This document shows, piece by piece, positions 16,245-23,903 of a stretch of 25,969 bases of DNA (its first letter is position 1; every line of letters starts with the position of its first letter). The DNA is from a virus (taxonomy: Duplodnaviria; Caudoviricetes), in the IMG/VR virus record IMGVR_UViG_3300037313_000125, positions 1 to 25,969 of that record; one strand, 5' to 3'. A program made the position numbers and the translations under genes. The notes below the pieces were generated by a model that had not been told where the DNA came from, ran no database searches, and worked only from the letters and a program-made list of their open reading frames with translations.

Positions 16245-16776
16245 AGTAGGAATAGGCAAACTCAACTTTTGCAACCAACGGTTCAGAATCTAACTTCCTT
16301 GAATCGAACCCTATTGCAGAGATCGAAACGGGGAATAGATTTCTATAGAGTATATTTACTGCCGGGTTACTTTCATTTGAAAGGACATGCAGAATGGCAT
16401 CAGAATACAGTCCACCAAACTTCGAATTGAGGTCAGTGTTCTCTTTTCGAATTTTGGCAAACTGCCCGAAACTCTTCGGTGATCCCAACCCGTTGATCCA
16501 ATTAAATAGTTCCCGATAGTTTCGCATTCCTTCGTTGATAAGGAATTCAATCTCCAACAACGACCATTGAAGGTTGATACCCACAATTGGGACATCATTT
16601 AGTGGTGTTTTGAAAGTAGGATGCTGAAGACGAATCTCCGGGATGTTTGCTTTTACACAGAAAAAATCCGTAAATGGTAATTTACGGATTGAGAATTTAA
16701 ATTTGGTATCGTATTGTAGGTTTAAGTTATCCGGTTGCCGATTAACCTCACCTATTTGTTTATAATCTATAGGCAT
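16207..16776 (-). CDS. gp3: Tail completion / tail-tube terminator protein (T4 gp3-like)
   Basis: NL....FKFSIRKLP..DFFC..ANIP, FLINE.M.NY.EL.NWI.GL, SDA.L.VL and FPVSIS.I.FD. Confidence 0.88.
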   Translation of the reverse strand: MPIDYKQIGEVNRQPDNLNLQYDTKFKFSIRKLPFTDFFCVKANIPEIRLQHPTFKTPLNDVPIVGINLQWSLLEIEFLINEGMRNYRELFNWINGLGSPKSFGQFAKIRKENTDLNSKFGGLYSDAILHVLSNESNPAVNILYRNLFPVSISAIGFDSRKLDSEPLVAKVEFAYSYYEFEEPGNNPPA

Positions 16777-16782
16777 ATTATA

Positions 16783-16830
16783 TTAGGGGGTTACAAGATT
16801 AACCTTTTTCTTTGTAAAGATTTGGGACAT
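16783..16830 (-). pseudogene. 15-codon remnant or leader ORF (MSQIFTKKKVNLVTP*), a truncated copy of the 23540..23845 gene start
   Basis: Same AGGAGAAGCTAT-ATG RBS and first 12 codons nearly identical to MSQVFAKKKVNL. Confidence 0.75.
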
Positions 16831-16846
16831 ATAGCTTCTCCTATTA
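16795..16846. repeat. 52-bp direct repeat, copy A
   Basis: 48/52 identical to 23810-23861 by hand alignment. Confidence 0.92.
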
Positions 16847-16848
16847 GA

Positions 16849-16856
16849 TACTTATA
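16849..16856 (-). promoter_or_regulatory. Probable gp55-dependent late promoter (TATAAGTA)
   Basis: One mismatch to the T4 consensus TATAAATA; just upstream of an RBS ahead of gp3. Confidence 0.6.
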
Positions 16857-16858
16857 AG

Positions 16859-16901
16859 TTAGGATTTAGGAGATTAAAGACCTCCTAAATCCTAATTTTT
16901 T
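16859..16901. terminator. Long perfect hairpin at the end of the exported-protein cassette
   Basis: TTAGGATTTAGGAG (16859-16872) / CTCCTAAATCCTAA (16882-16895) 14-bp stem; T6 run on the + strand side. Confidence 0.75.
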
Positions 16902-16909
16902 ACCAATGG

Positions 16910-19900
16910 TTATTGTAATTTCCAAGTTACTGCATTACTCATGACTACAGCATTTCCTGATGATTTTTCCTGAATGACTACATTAGAAATTGGATGTTTA
17001 GCATCTACACTAACTGAACAAGGTGATGATCCACATGGTTGAGTAGTAGTAGAACCATCAGTGAAAGTAAGCACAAGCTGTACCGACGTTGCCAAAGGAT
17101 GGTTCAATTTATAAGCTACGCTGAGCGTTCTAGGTATAGAAGTAATACCTCCTAAACGGTTAGCTAACGCAACAGGAATATCTCCTGCACCTGTAGACAT
17201 TCCGAATTGCTTTCCTCTCATTGTAGCATTACCACCTCCACAAGGAGCGGAGTTCGTCGTACAGGAAGGAAGAACATCGGCTAAGTTACCGGTATTTCCA
17301 TCGGCATTAGGTCCTACTCCTGGACCTGTTGAACCTGCACCTCCAGCAGGACCACCAGCAAATGCTCCTAAGTAGGTATCAGCACGATCTCTCCAAGCGA
17401 TATTATTGGTTTTAACGTACAACCATGCAGCACCGGCAGCAGCATCGAACGAAAGGTTACGACCACTATATAGGTCTGGTTCACAATAGGTGACTTGTGT
17501 TTGAGCGCCACAATTTGTTTCTGCAATAACCGTTTTAGCATAGTTCGCACCAGAACCAGACCAACTTGCACCAACAACAGATGGATAAGGATAAGCTGTT
17601 TCGATTGTTAAGTGAGTATCATCAGAACATGCGGTAACTTTGAATACTCGATTATAATTGTTATCCGTTCCATCAATGCCAATGTAAGTAGAACCATCAC
17701 ATGGGGTAAAAGTGGTGAGAAATGTAGTGTTTGTACCGATGACGGTAGATGAACCATTAGCGATACTAACCCGATGATTAGTCGGAAGTTCATTTTCGCT
17801 TAACACTCGTAGCTCATTAGGATCATCATAGTGACGAGTGCGGGAGTTAACGAATGCAAATACACCCTTATCGACTGAACGTGCATTGTCCCAGTACCAT
17901 TGACCAACTCTTTGGATAACAGGCAGAATAGTTGCAGCAGATGTAGGATCATTGCATCCATAAACTGGGTCAGTATCGGCTAGAGCGTCATGAGCGTATT
18001 CCAGGGCAAGTAACCCAAGAGCTACAGAACGCCAGGGAGCAACACCATAAGTTCCGTCCACCAATCTAGCCGCAGGGTAGTGTACACTCTCACGAGTCAT
18101 GTTCTCTTCCCAATATCCTTTACCGTTTTCCGAAACAACCCACTGATTAAGTGCGAGATTCTTTACGATACCACACCATTTAGTACGGGCTGCTGAAGGA
18201 TTACTTGCATGTGGTGGATAGACACGCGCAAACACCGCAGCATCTCTAAGGGTATAAGCAGATTCTCTAAGATCAGGAGATTTACTAACGTCATCACCAG
18301 CATTTGGTACCCAACCCCAATCTTCTCTCACAAACGGTGTAGTAGGTCCAGTTGCACCCGTACCGCTTAGCTGAAGACTATATTCTATTCCATCCCAAAG
18401 CGATTGCGAAGGTAGTCCACTTTGTAGATCGGCCGCTAATGCTATCATATACTGCCATGCTGAATTGCGTGCAACTATTCTGTCACGATAACCACCACCT
18501 AAAGCATAAGTCCACCACTTCTTACCGAATGTCCTTGCAGTATTACAATACGTAGACAACCCTGTTTCGTAACAAAGTCTGTACATCCCTAAGCCGGCAT
18601 CGTAATAACCCCAGGGATTTTCACCTGAGTTAGATTCTGCTCTATAACCCGTAGGAAGGATTGTCGAACCACCTAATTTATAAACCCTCATATTTGAAGA
18701 TTTGGTTTCTGGTAATGACCAATCATCACCTGAAAGTCTAATGGACGTATTACTTGCAACTTCGGCGACACTTCTAAAGTAGTAACAATCGTAATTACCG
18801 TTTGAATTGCAATCCGAAGCAAACCAAAGATTGTCGTTTACCGATACAGAAGTGAGCCAATTAGTTCCAGTTCCAACAACCCAAGGACCCATATCTTTGT
18901 AAATGACCGTAATTCCATTATAAGTCCTTGTTCCATTGGGTGCAGTGGAGGAAACAGTAGCCGTTCCTGGAAGCAAAGTCGCAGCAGGTTGCTGAACACC
19001 TAAATCGTTGTATAATTTAGGTTGTCCACCCGACGAATATTCTACAGACGTTAGATGCTCTGCAACAGCAGTGTGGGTTACAGTATACCAAGGATAAGGT
19101 TCTGAACCATGCTTAACAAATGAACCAAGGATAATTTGCATTTCCTTGGAAGGATGAATGACAATACCTTGTGCATCAGATGCTACGACTCCAACCAATT
19201 TAGATGTATTAGAACAGACTGGTACACTATCACACACCTGGAGTGTAACAGAATATTCACCAGCAACGGGGAACATAATATTAGGATTAACTGATGTATC
19301 AGATCCAAAAGTGGGACACAGGCCATTTACGCATGTACTCCACCATTTATATGATGAAATAGCACCGGTACCAGCAGAAGCAAACGAAAGAGAACCGTCA
19401 ATTGGAGCAACAACACCGGCTCTAATGCCTCCAGCACGAAATGCGTTTCCTGCCGTGATTGAAGGTATTGGATTATACGTAGGTGTAGACGTAGATGCTA
19501 CAGTACCACTTCCATCTTGAGTTCCATTGGAACCATTAAGTACGCGTGAGCCAGTTGCAGCAGATGAAGTGACTAATGAAGTGTCGGAACCTTCAAATGG
19601 GAAATCTAGCAACCATGTACCTCCCGGAGTTGTATCAGTAGGACAAGCTTGACTGAAATCTGCGGTTCCTTTGAATCTCAGCCACGCCGTTTTAAGACCA
19701 CCACCAACAGAGAACTGTGTTCCTGATACGGTAGTAAATGCATTATCGGTATTGGTTAAATTAACACTCTTAGAAGCAAGAAACGCACCATTACCTGAAC
19801 ATAGAACTATCTGTTGTTGATTCAGGGTTCCACTACGAGTGAACCTAACCCTAATATCTGTTTGTCCCGACCATGAAAGTACTGGACCGACATTACCATC

Positions 19901-20185
19901 ACTATCATTTCCGAATGCACAGTTAAGAGTAGTTGTATTTGCGGAGATAAAGCACTTGTAAATAGGGAAGCCATCGGGGAATCCCCAGATTAATCGATCC
20001 GTCCCAATAGAACCACTCAATCCATGAATTCGAAATTCAGATGTAAAGTTTCCAAGTGTGATATTGTTTGCTGGACCGAAAACGTATGTGTTACGTTGTG
20101 CCGTACCAGGCGAATCGGTAGATTTGTCTAATGAAGTCTGCCCGAATGCCGCAATACAAAGTAATAAAAGTATGATCGCACGCAT
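16910..20185 (-). CDS. Large signal-peptide-bearing multidomain protein (lectin/LamG-like N-terminus, PKD-like domain, two phage-tail-type beta domains, helical Trp/Tyr-rich core)
   Basis: Signal peptide MRAIILLLLCIAAFG-Q; PKD-like DGSLS...ISSYKW...AGEYSVTLQVCD; two V.GT.T..LT...V....S.T...I/L units; many paired Cys; AAGGAG SD. Confidence 0.75.
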   Translation of the reverse strand: MRAIILLLLCIAAFGQTSLDKSTDSPGTAQRNTYVFGPANNITLGNFTSEFRIHGLSGSIGTDRLIWGFPDGFPIYKCFISANTTTLNCAFGNDSDGNVGPVLSWSGQTDIRVRFTRSGTLNQQQIVLCSGNGAFLASKSVNLTNTDNAFTTVSGTQFSVGGGLKTAWLRFKGTADFSQACPTDTTPGGTWLLDFPFEGSDTSLVTSSAATGSRVLNGSNGTQDGSGTVASTSTPTYNPIPSITAGNAFRAGGIRAGVVAPIDGSLSFASAGTGAISSYKWWSTCVNGLCPTFGSDTSVNPNIMFPVAGEYSVTLQVCDSVPVCSNTSKLVGVVASDAQGIVIHPSKEMQIILGSFVKHGSEPYPWYTVTHTAVAEHLTSVEYSSGGQPKLYNDLGVQQPAATLLPGTATVSSTAPNGTRTYNGITVIYKDMGPWVVGTGTNWLTSVSVNDNLWFASDCNSNGNYDCYYFRSVAEVASNTSIRLSGDDWSLPETKSSNMRVYKLGGSTILPTGYRAESNSGENPWGYYDAGLGMYRLCYETGLSTYCNTARTFGKKWWTYALGGGYRDRIVARNSAWQYMIALAADLQSGLPSQSLWDGIEYSLQLSGTGATGPTTPFVREDWGWVPNAGDDVSKSPDLRESAYTLRDAAVFARVYPPHASNPSAARTKWCGIVKNLALNQWVVSENGKGYWEENMTRESVHYPAARLVDGTYGVAPWRSVALGLLALEYAHDALADTDPVYGCNDPTSAATILPVIQRVGQWYWDNARSVDKGVFAFVNSRTRHYDDPNELRVLSENELPTNHRVSIANGSSTVIGTNTTFLTTFTPCDGSTYIGIDGTDNNYNRVFKVTACSDDTHLTIETAYPYPSVVGASWSGSGANYAKTVIAETNCGAQTQVTYCEPDLYSGRNLSFDAAAGAAWLYVKTNNIAWRDRADTYLGAFAGGPAGGAGSTGPGVGPNADGNTGNLADVLPSCTTNSAPCGGGNATMRGKQFGMSTGAGDIPVALANRLGGITSIPRTLSVAYKLNHPLATSVQLVLTFTDGSTTTQPCGSSPCSVSVDAKHPISNVVIQEKSSGNAVVMSNAVTWKLQ

Positions 20186-20204
20186 TAAAATTCTCCTTAT
20201 GATG

Positions 20205-21845
20205 TTACTGACTGAGTATCATAGCCGCGGCCGTGAGTCTAAGCGGCTTTACAGTCTGCTCGAAAATACCAGAATTTACCAATCTTCCTGCAAGTTGAGG
20301 ATGTACATTTGCGCTACTCATGTGAACTCCATCACCTGCGGTAACATACGCTGATTGCAAGTATCCGGCAGAAGCGTTACTGTCAGCCAATGAAAAACCA
20401 GACCAGAAATCGATAACATATTGTCCGAATGTTGCTTTAATCCAATCACGCATCTGTATTTGACATGATATAATAGCAGTAGAATAGGTGTGTCCAGCAT
20501 CACCAATAGGTTGAGTTGTTGTAACGTAAATCGGCACTCCTGCATCTCGTGCGGTTTTCACAATACGAATATATGCGGCTTTTTGATTTGCAATTGGTTG
20601 ACTATTGGTGCAATCATTACTGGCAAGTTGTAGTAGGATAACATTAGGTGTTTGATTCAGCGCCCATGTGATGTTTCCCGTAGCATTGATTTGGTTACTA
20701 AAGCAATTAGTGATATCAGATGTACCCGTAGGTAGCAGAGCACATGTTGTCTGTCCTGATGCAGCACCATTAACAATAGCGTTACTTGCATTTAGGCTTG
20801 TCATATAAGCAGGAAGAATAGTGGTTGCATAAGCCTGTGTACTAGTGCTTGACCCAATAATTGCCAATTTACGAATTACACCAGACATTGTAGATGTATT
20901 TGGAGATACTGTTATGCCAGTCCAAGCCCAAGCTTGAAGACCATTACTGTCAGTGACCGTAATAGTAGGGCGTACAGTTACAGGTAAGAGAGCATCCATT
21001 CTAGTTGTTGCTGACGTTGGTGCATCAAATAATGGTGCACTGTTAGCATTAGTAGTTCCGTAGGTGATACCCCAGGACGACCATGAATACGATGAGATCG
21101 TTCCTCCGTTAGAAGGTGTAGCTGAGGCACTTAAGATTGCTGACCCAGGTACAGTCAAACTGCTTTTATTAGATGTTGCCGTTACGCTAGGAAACGTTCC
21201 TGCAACTAATTCAAAACAATTAGTATAAGCAAATCCACCAGCGGTATTAGCAGTAAATGTAACGGTGATCGCTCCACTAACTGGCGCAACACCAGATATG
21301 GTTGCAGTTGAAACGACGTTACCAGGGGTTGCTTGACCAGTATTTGACACACCAGTTGCTGTGGTTGATTCTAAGGTTATGTTCTGAGCATCTTGGGTTT
21401 GCCATTTACCTATTCTTGAACCAGTAGTCGCACGACTAGAAAAAAACCTTAAACTATAGGAACCACCGGTTAGACCAGATATTTTCCAAACAGCAGTGGG
21501 ACTTGTACCAGCATTACCATTACCGGTGGCAGTACCATTAACATAGAGATAGTCTTTTGTAACATTGATAGGGTATGGTGTAGCAGTTTGTATTACTGGT
21601 CCAGAACTAGCACATTCTCCAGTAAAGGGAGTGGTAAACTGAAGCGTAATTCCTGTAGATGCACCAGTTGAGTCAACCGCGGTAAATTGAGTGGTTGAAT
21701 TAGCAAGGGACGTTTCGCTAATTTTGTTCCATCCAGTAGGTGCGGTGTTAGCCGCACAACCAAAATCCCAACGATAGTAACCGTTGCCTTGTGTTTGTCC
21801 GCACATGAATAGTGCGGACATAAGGAATAGAAGGGTTAATCGCAT
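20205..21845 (-). CDS. Signal-peptide-bearing SGNH/GDSL hydrolase (putative carbohydrate esterase) with beta-sandwich and PKD-like domains
   Basis: Signal peptide MRLTLLFLMSALFMCG-Q; SGNH blocks AIIGSST, NGAASG, LASND and GDGVH; PKD-like ISSYSWS...ITVTDSNG; TAATG coupling to the upstream gene. Confidence 0.82.
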   Translation of the reverse strand: MRLTLLFLMSALFMCGQTQGNGYYRWDFGCAANTAPTGWNKISETSLANSTTQFTAVDSTGASTGITLQFTTPFTGECASSGPVIQTATPYPINVTKDYLYVNGTATGNGNAGTSPTAVWKISGLTGGSYSLRFFSSRATTGSRIGKWQTQDAQNITLESTTATGVSNTGQATPGNVVSTATISGVAPVSGAITVTFTANTAGGFAYTNCFELVAGTFPSVTATSNKSSLTVPGSAILSASATPSNGGTISSYSWSSWGITYGTTNANSAPLFDAPTSATTRMDALLPVTVRPTITVTDSNGLQAWAWTGITVSPNTSTMSGVIRKLAIIGSSTSTQAYATTILPAYMTSLNASNAIVNGAASGQTTCALLPTGTSDITNCFSNQINATGNITWALNQTPNVILLQLASNDCTNSQPIANQKAAYIRIVKTARDAGVPIYVTTTQPIGDAGHTYSTAIISCQIQMRDWIKATFGQYVIDFWSGFSLADSNASAGYLQSAYVTAGDGVHMSSANVHPQLAGRLVNSGIFEQTVKPLRLTAAAMILSQ

Positions 21846-23503
21846 TAGTTGTTACTCCAAACACCTGCAAACGGGAAGATCGCATATTGTCCTACGGTAA
21901 CAGCTTGTACACAAATACCGTCACCTAGAGCACCAGATGAAACGACAGTTCCGGCTACAGATCCATTAGAACCATCACGTGCTGCTGAAGTAGACGCAGG
22001 AAGCTGTAGAGTGATTTGTCCAACACGTGTCGGGTAGTTTGCAAAGCACTTACGATACGCAGTATTTGCCATTGTCGTTGTAATGGTAGGAAGATTATAC
22101 GTTATATTACCCGTTGAGTTATTCCAATTCCATCCATTATTTGTATCTACAGTTATAGTACTAGCCGTATCGACAGATTGGGTAGATGCAGACGCACTAC
22201 CTTCTTTCGGTAATCTAAAGACAGTACCATCATAGAAGATCGTTTTAAACTCACCAGCAACGAGACTACCAGGATCAGGATCAGTAGTACCATCATTCTT
22301 CTTAATAGCCTTCGGTGTGAGTGACCCAGCACTATCAACATCGAGAGTGATTGCACCACTGGTATTCGTTGAACCGATTTCCCAAACAAATGTCATACCC
22401 TTTGTAAGAGCAACAGGTGTCGGATTAATGGTCGTACACGTCGCCGCAGTAGCAGATGCAGAACCGGGACAGTATCTTGCTGTTCCTGCCTGAGCGTTCA
22501 GCTTAGTTTCAACAGTGGAATCAATCGATATCGTATCCGTAATTTTTGTTCCAGTATCGGCAACCACATGCAGAACACCAGTACCGGGGACTAGATCGAC
22601 AGTAGAACGACAGCCCACAGCAGAAGAGTTAGATTGGACGCAAACACTCTGGTTAATTGGAGCGTAAGTACTTGAAGTAGCCGACAAAACAGCCGTGTTG
22701 AAATTAGTGATATCCGTAGACACATGGGTGTGAACGGTTGGAGCGTAAGCACTGGCAGTAGCGGATAAAGCGGCCGTGTTGAAATTAGTGATATTTGTAG
22801 CCACGTGGGTATGGTTGGTAGCAGAATATGCACCTGAAGTAGCTGATAAGGCAGCGGTCGCAAAATCCGTAATATTCGAACTGGTATGAGTATGCACTGA
22901 AGGCGTAAATGAGGTTGGAATATTTTGGAGATCCGTGAAGTTGCGAGTCGGTATGTCAGTCAGTGATGAAACCGTTGCAGTAGAGAAATACGGAGTCCAT
23001 GCAGTCCCATTGCTTGCAAGAAGACAGCGATTCGTTCCACCACCTGCGGTGCAATTTGCATTTCCATCTGTGATAACAAAAACCTTATGTATGTTAGACA
23101 CAGCGGAAGGTAAATTCGTGAATAATGGAGCTAATGGAAACGATAACTGAGCCGAAGAAAAATTATGATATCCCGAGAATGTCTCTCCAGTCTTATTTGA
23201 ACAATTGGGACAATCGAGCGTCAAGTTGCCCGTCAGAGAACCGCCACCAGTCAGCAAACCGTTGGTATTGATATTAGGCTTACTCTGGAGATCCGAAAAT
23301 AAACGGGTTGAAATCTGGTTTAAGTTCGTAATAGGACTGCCGCTACCACACGATCCGTTAACCCACTTCTGAGTCGTTGAGTTGTACAGCAAACATTGCC
23401 CATTCGTTGGATTTGAAACACGAACACCACTGAGTGATGATGGGACTTGACTTTGCGCCAGAGCTATACCGGTTAACACTAAGGACAGAATAAAATATCT
23501 CAT
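21845..23503 (-). CDS. Signal-peptide-bearing tail-fibre-like protein with HxH repeats
   Basis: Signal peptide MRYFILSLVLTGIALA-Q; fibre motif LSGVRVSNPTNGQCLLYNSTTQKWVN; two L..I.TR.F.DLQ..P units; three HTH..(N/D)IT.F repeats. Confidence 0.75.
   Translation of the reverse strand: MRYFILSLVLTGIALAQSQVPSSLSGVRVSNPTNGQCLLYNSTTQKWVNGSCGSGSPITNLNQISTRLFSDLQSKPNINTNGLLTGGGSLTGNLTLDCPNCSNKTGETFSGYHNFSSAQLSFPLAPLFTNLPSAVSNIHKVFVITDGNANCTAGGGTNRCLLASNGTAWTPYFSTATVSSLTDIPTRNFTDLQNIPTSFTPSVHTHTSSNITDFATAALSATSGAYSATNHTHVATNITNFNTAALSATASAYAPTVHTHVSTDITNFNTAVLSATSSTYAPINQSVCVQSNSSAVGCRSTVDLVPGTGVLHVVADTGTKITDTISIDSTVETKLNAQAGTARYCPGSASATAATCTTINPTPVALTKGMTFVWEIGSTNTSGAITLDVDSAGSLTPKAIKKNDGTTDPDPGSLVAGEFKTIFYDGTVFRLPKEGSASASTQSVDTASTITVDTNNGWNWNNSTGNITYNLPTITTTMANTAYRKCFANYPTRVGQITLQLPASTSAARDGSNGSVAGTVVSSGALGDGICVQAVTVGQYAIFPFAGVWSNN
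22659..22901 (-). repeat. Three tandem 81-bp (27-aa) coding repeats
   Basis: HTHTSSNITDFATAALSATSGAYSATN / HTHVATNITNFNTAALSATASAYAPTV / HTHVSTDITNFNTAVLSATSSTYAP; GCCGTGTTGAAATTAGTGATAT at 22692 and 22773. Confidence 0.9.
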
Positions 23504-23539
23504 TAGCTTTTCCTTTATAAGATTTAGATCGAGTACGGA

Positions 23540-23845
23540 TTAGCGTACAAATGTTAGGATAATATCCAGACTTGAACCACTTGCTGCTTTAACGTAACAA
23601 ACAACAGATCCTTCTTTGAATCGAGTAAAGAGACTATCGGGATTGAAAGAGCTAGAAACTGTTTCTATTGCTCCCGATGCGATTACGTCCTCTGTGTTGG
23701 AATCCGAAGCATCGGTACGGATTACGACATCAACAGTCGAATCCGCATTCTTGATGCTGATGTAGTTGCAGTCAAACGGTGGAGCAATTGCGGTCCACTG
23801 AGTGCTGTTAAGATTTACCTTTTTCTTTGCAAAGACTTGTGACAT
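23540..23845 (-). CDS. Small all-beta late protein (101 aa), possible virion decoration or adaptor protein
   Basis: Start reassigned to the ATG at 23845 (AGGAGAAG SD, late-promoter-like box upstream); alternating beta pattern; no signal peptide. Confidence 0.75.
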   Translation of the reverse strand: MSQVFAKKKVNLNSTQWTAIAPPFDCNYISIKNADSTVDVVIRTDASDSNTEDVIASGAIETVSSSFNPDSLFTRFKEGSVVCYVKAASGSSLDIILTFVR

Positions 23846-23861
23846 ATAGCTTCTCCTATTA
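23810..23861. repeat. 52-bp direct repeat, copy B
   Basis: 48/52 identical to 16795-16846. Confidence 0.92.
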
Positions 23862-23869
23862 TATTTATT
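23862..23869 (-). promoter_or_regulatory. Probable gp55-dependent late promoter (AATAAATA)
   Basis: Matches the T4-like late consensus NATAAATA, directly upstream of an RBS. Confidence 0.65.
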
Positions 23870-23871
23870 GA

Positions 23872-23903
23872 AAGTTTGGAGTGGAATTAACCACTCCAAA
23901 CTT
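23872..23903. terminator. Perfect hairpin directly after the beta-helix gene stop
   Basis: AAGTTTGGAGTGG-aattaa-CCACTCCAAACTT 13-bp stem. Confidence 0.75.

Noticed and set aside
23846-23899. Track start (MEWLIP...) for the 119-aa ORF
   Set aside because: It runs through the hairpin and late-promoter box; the ATG at 23845 has a strong SD and matches the repeat copy
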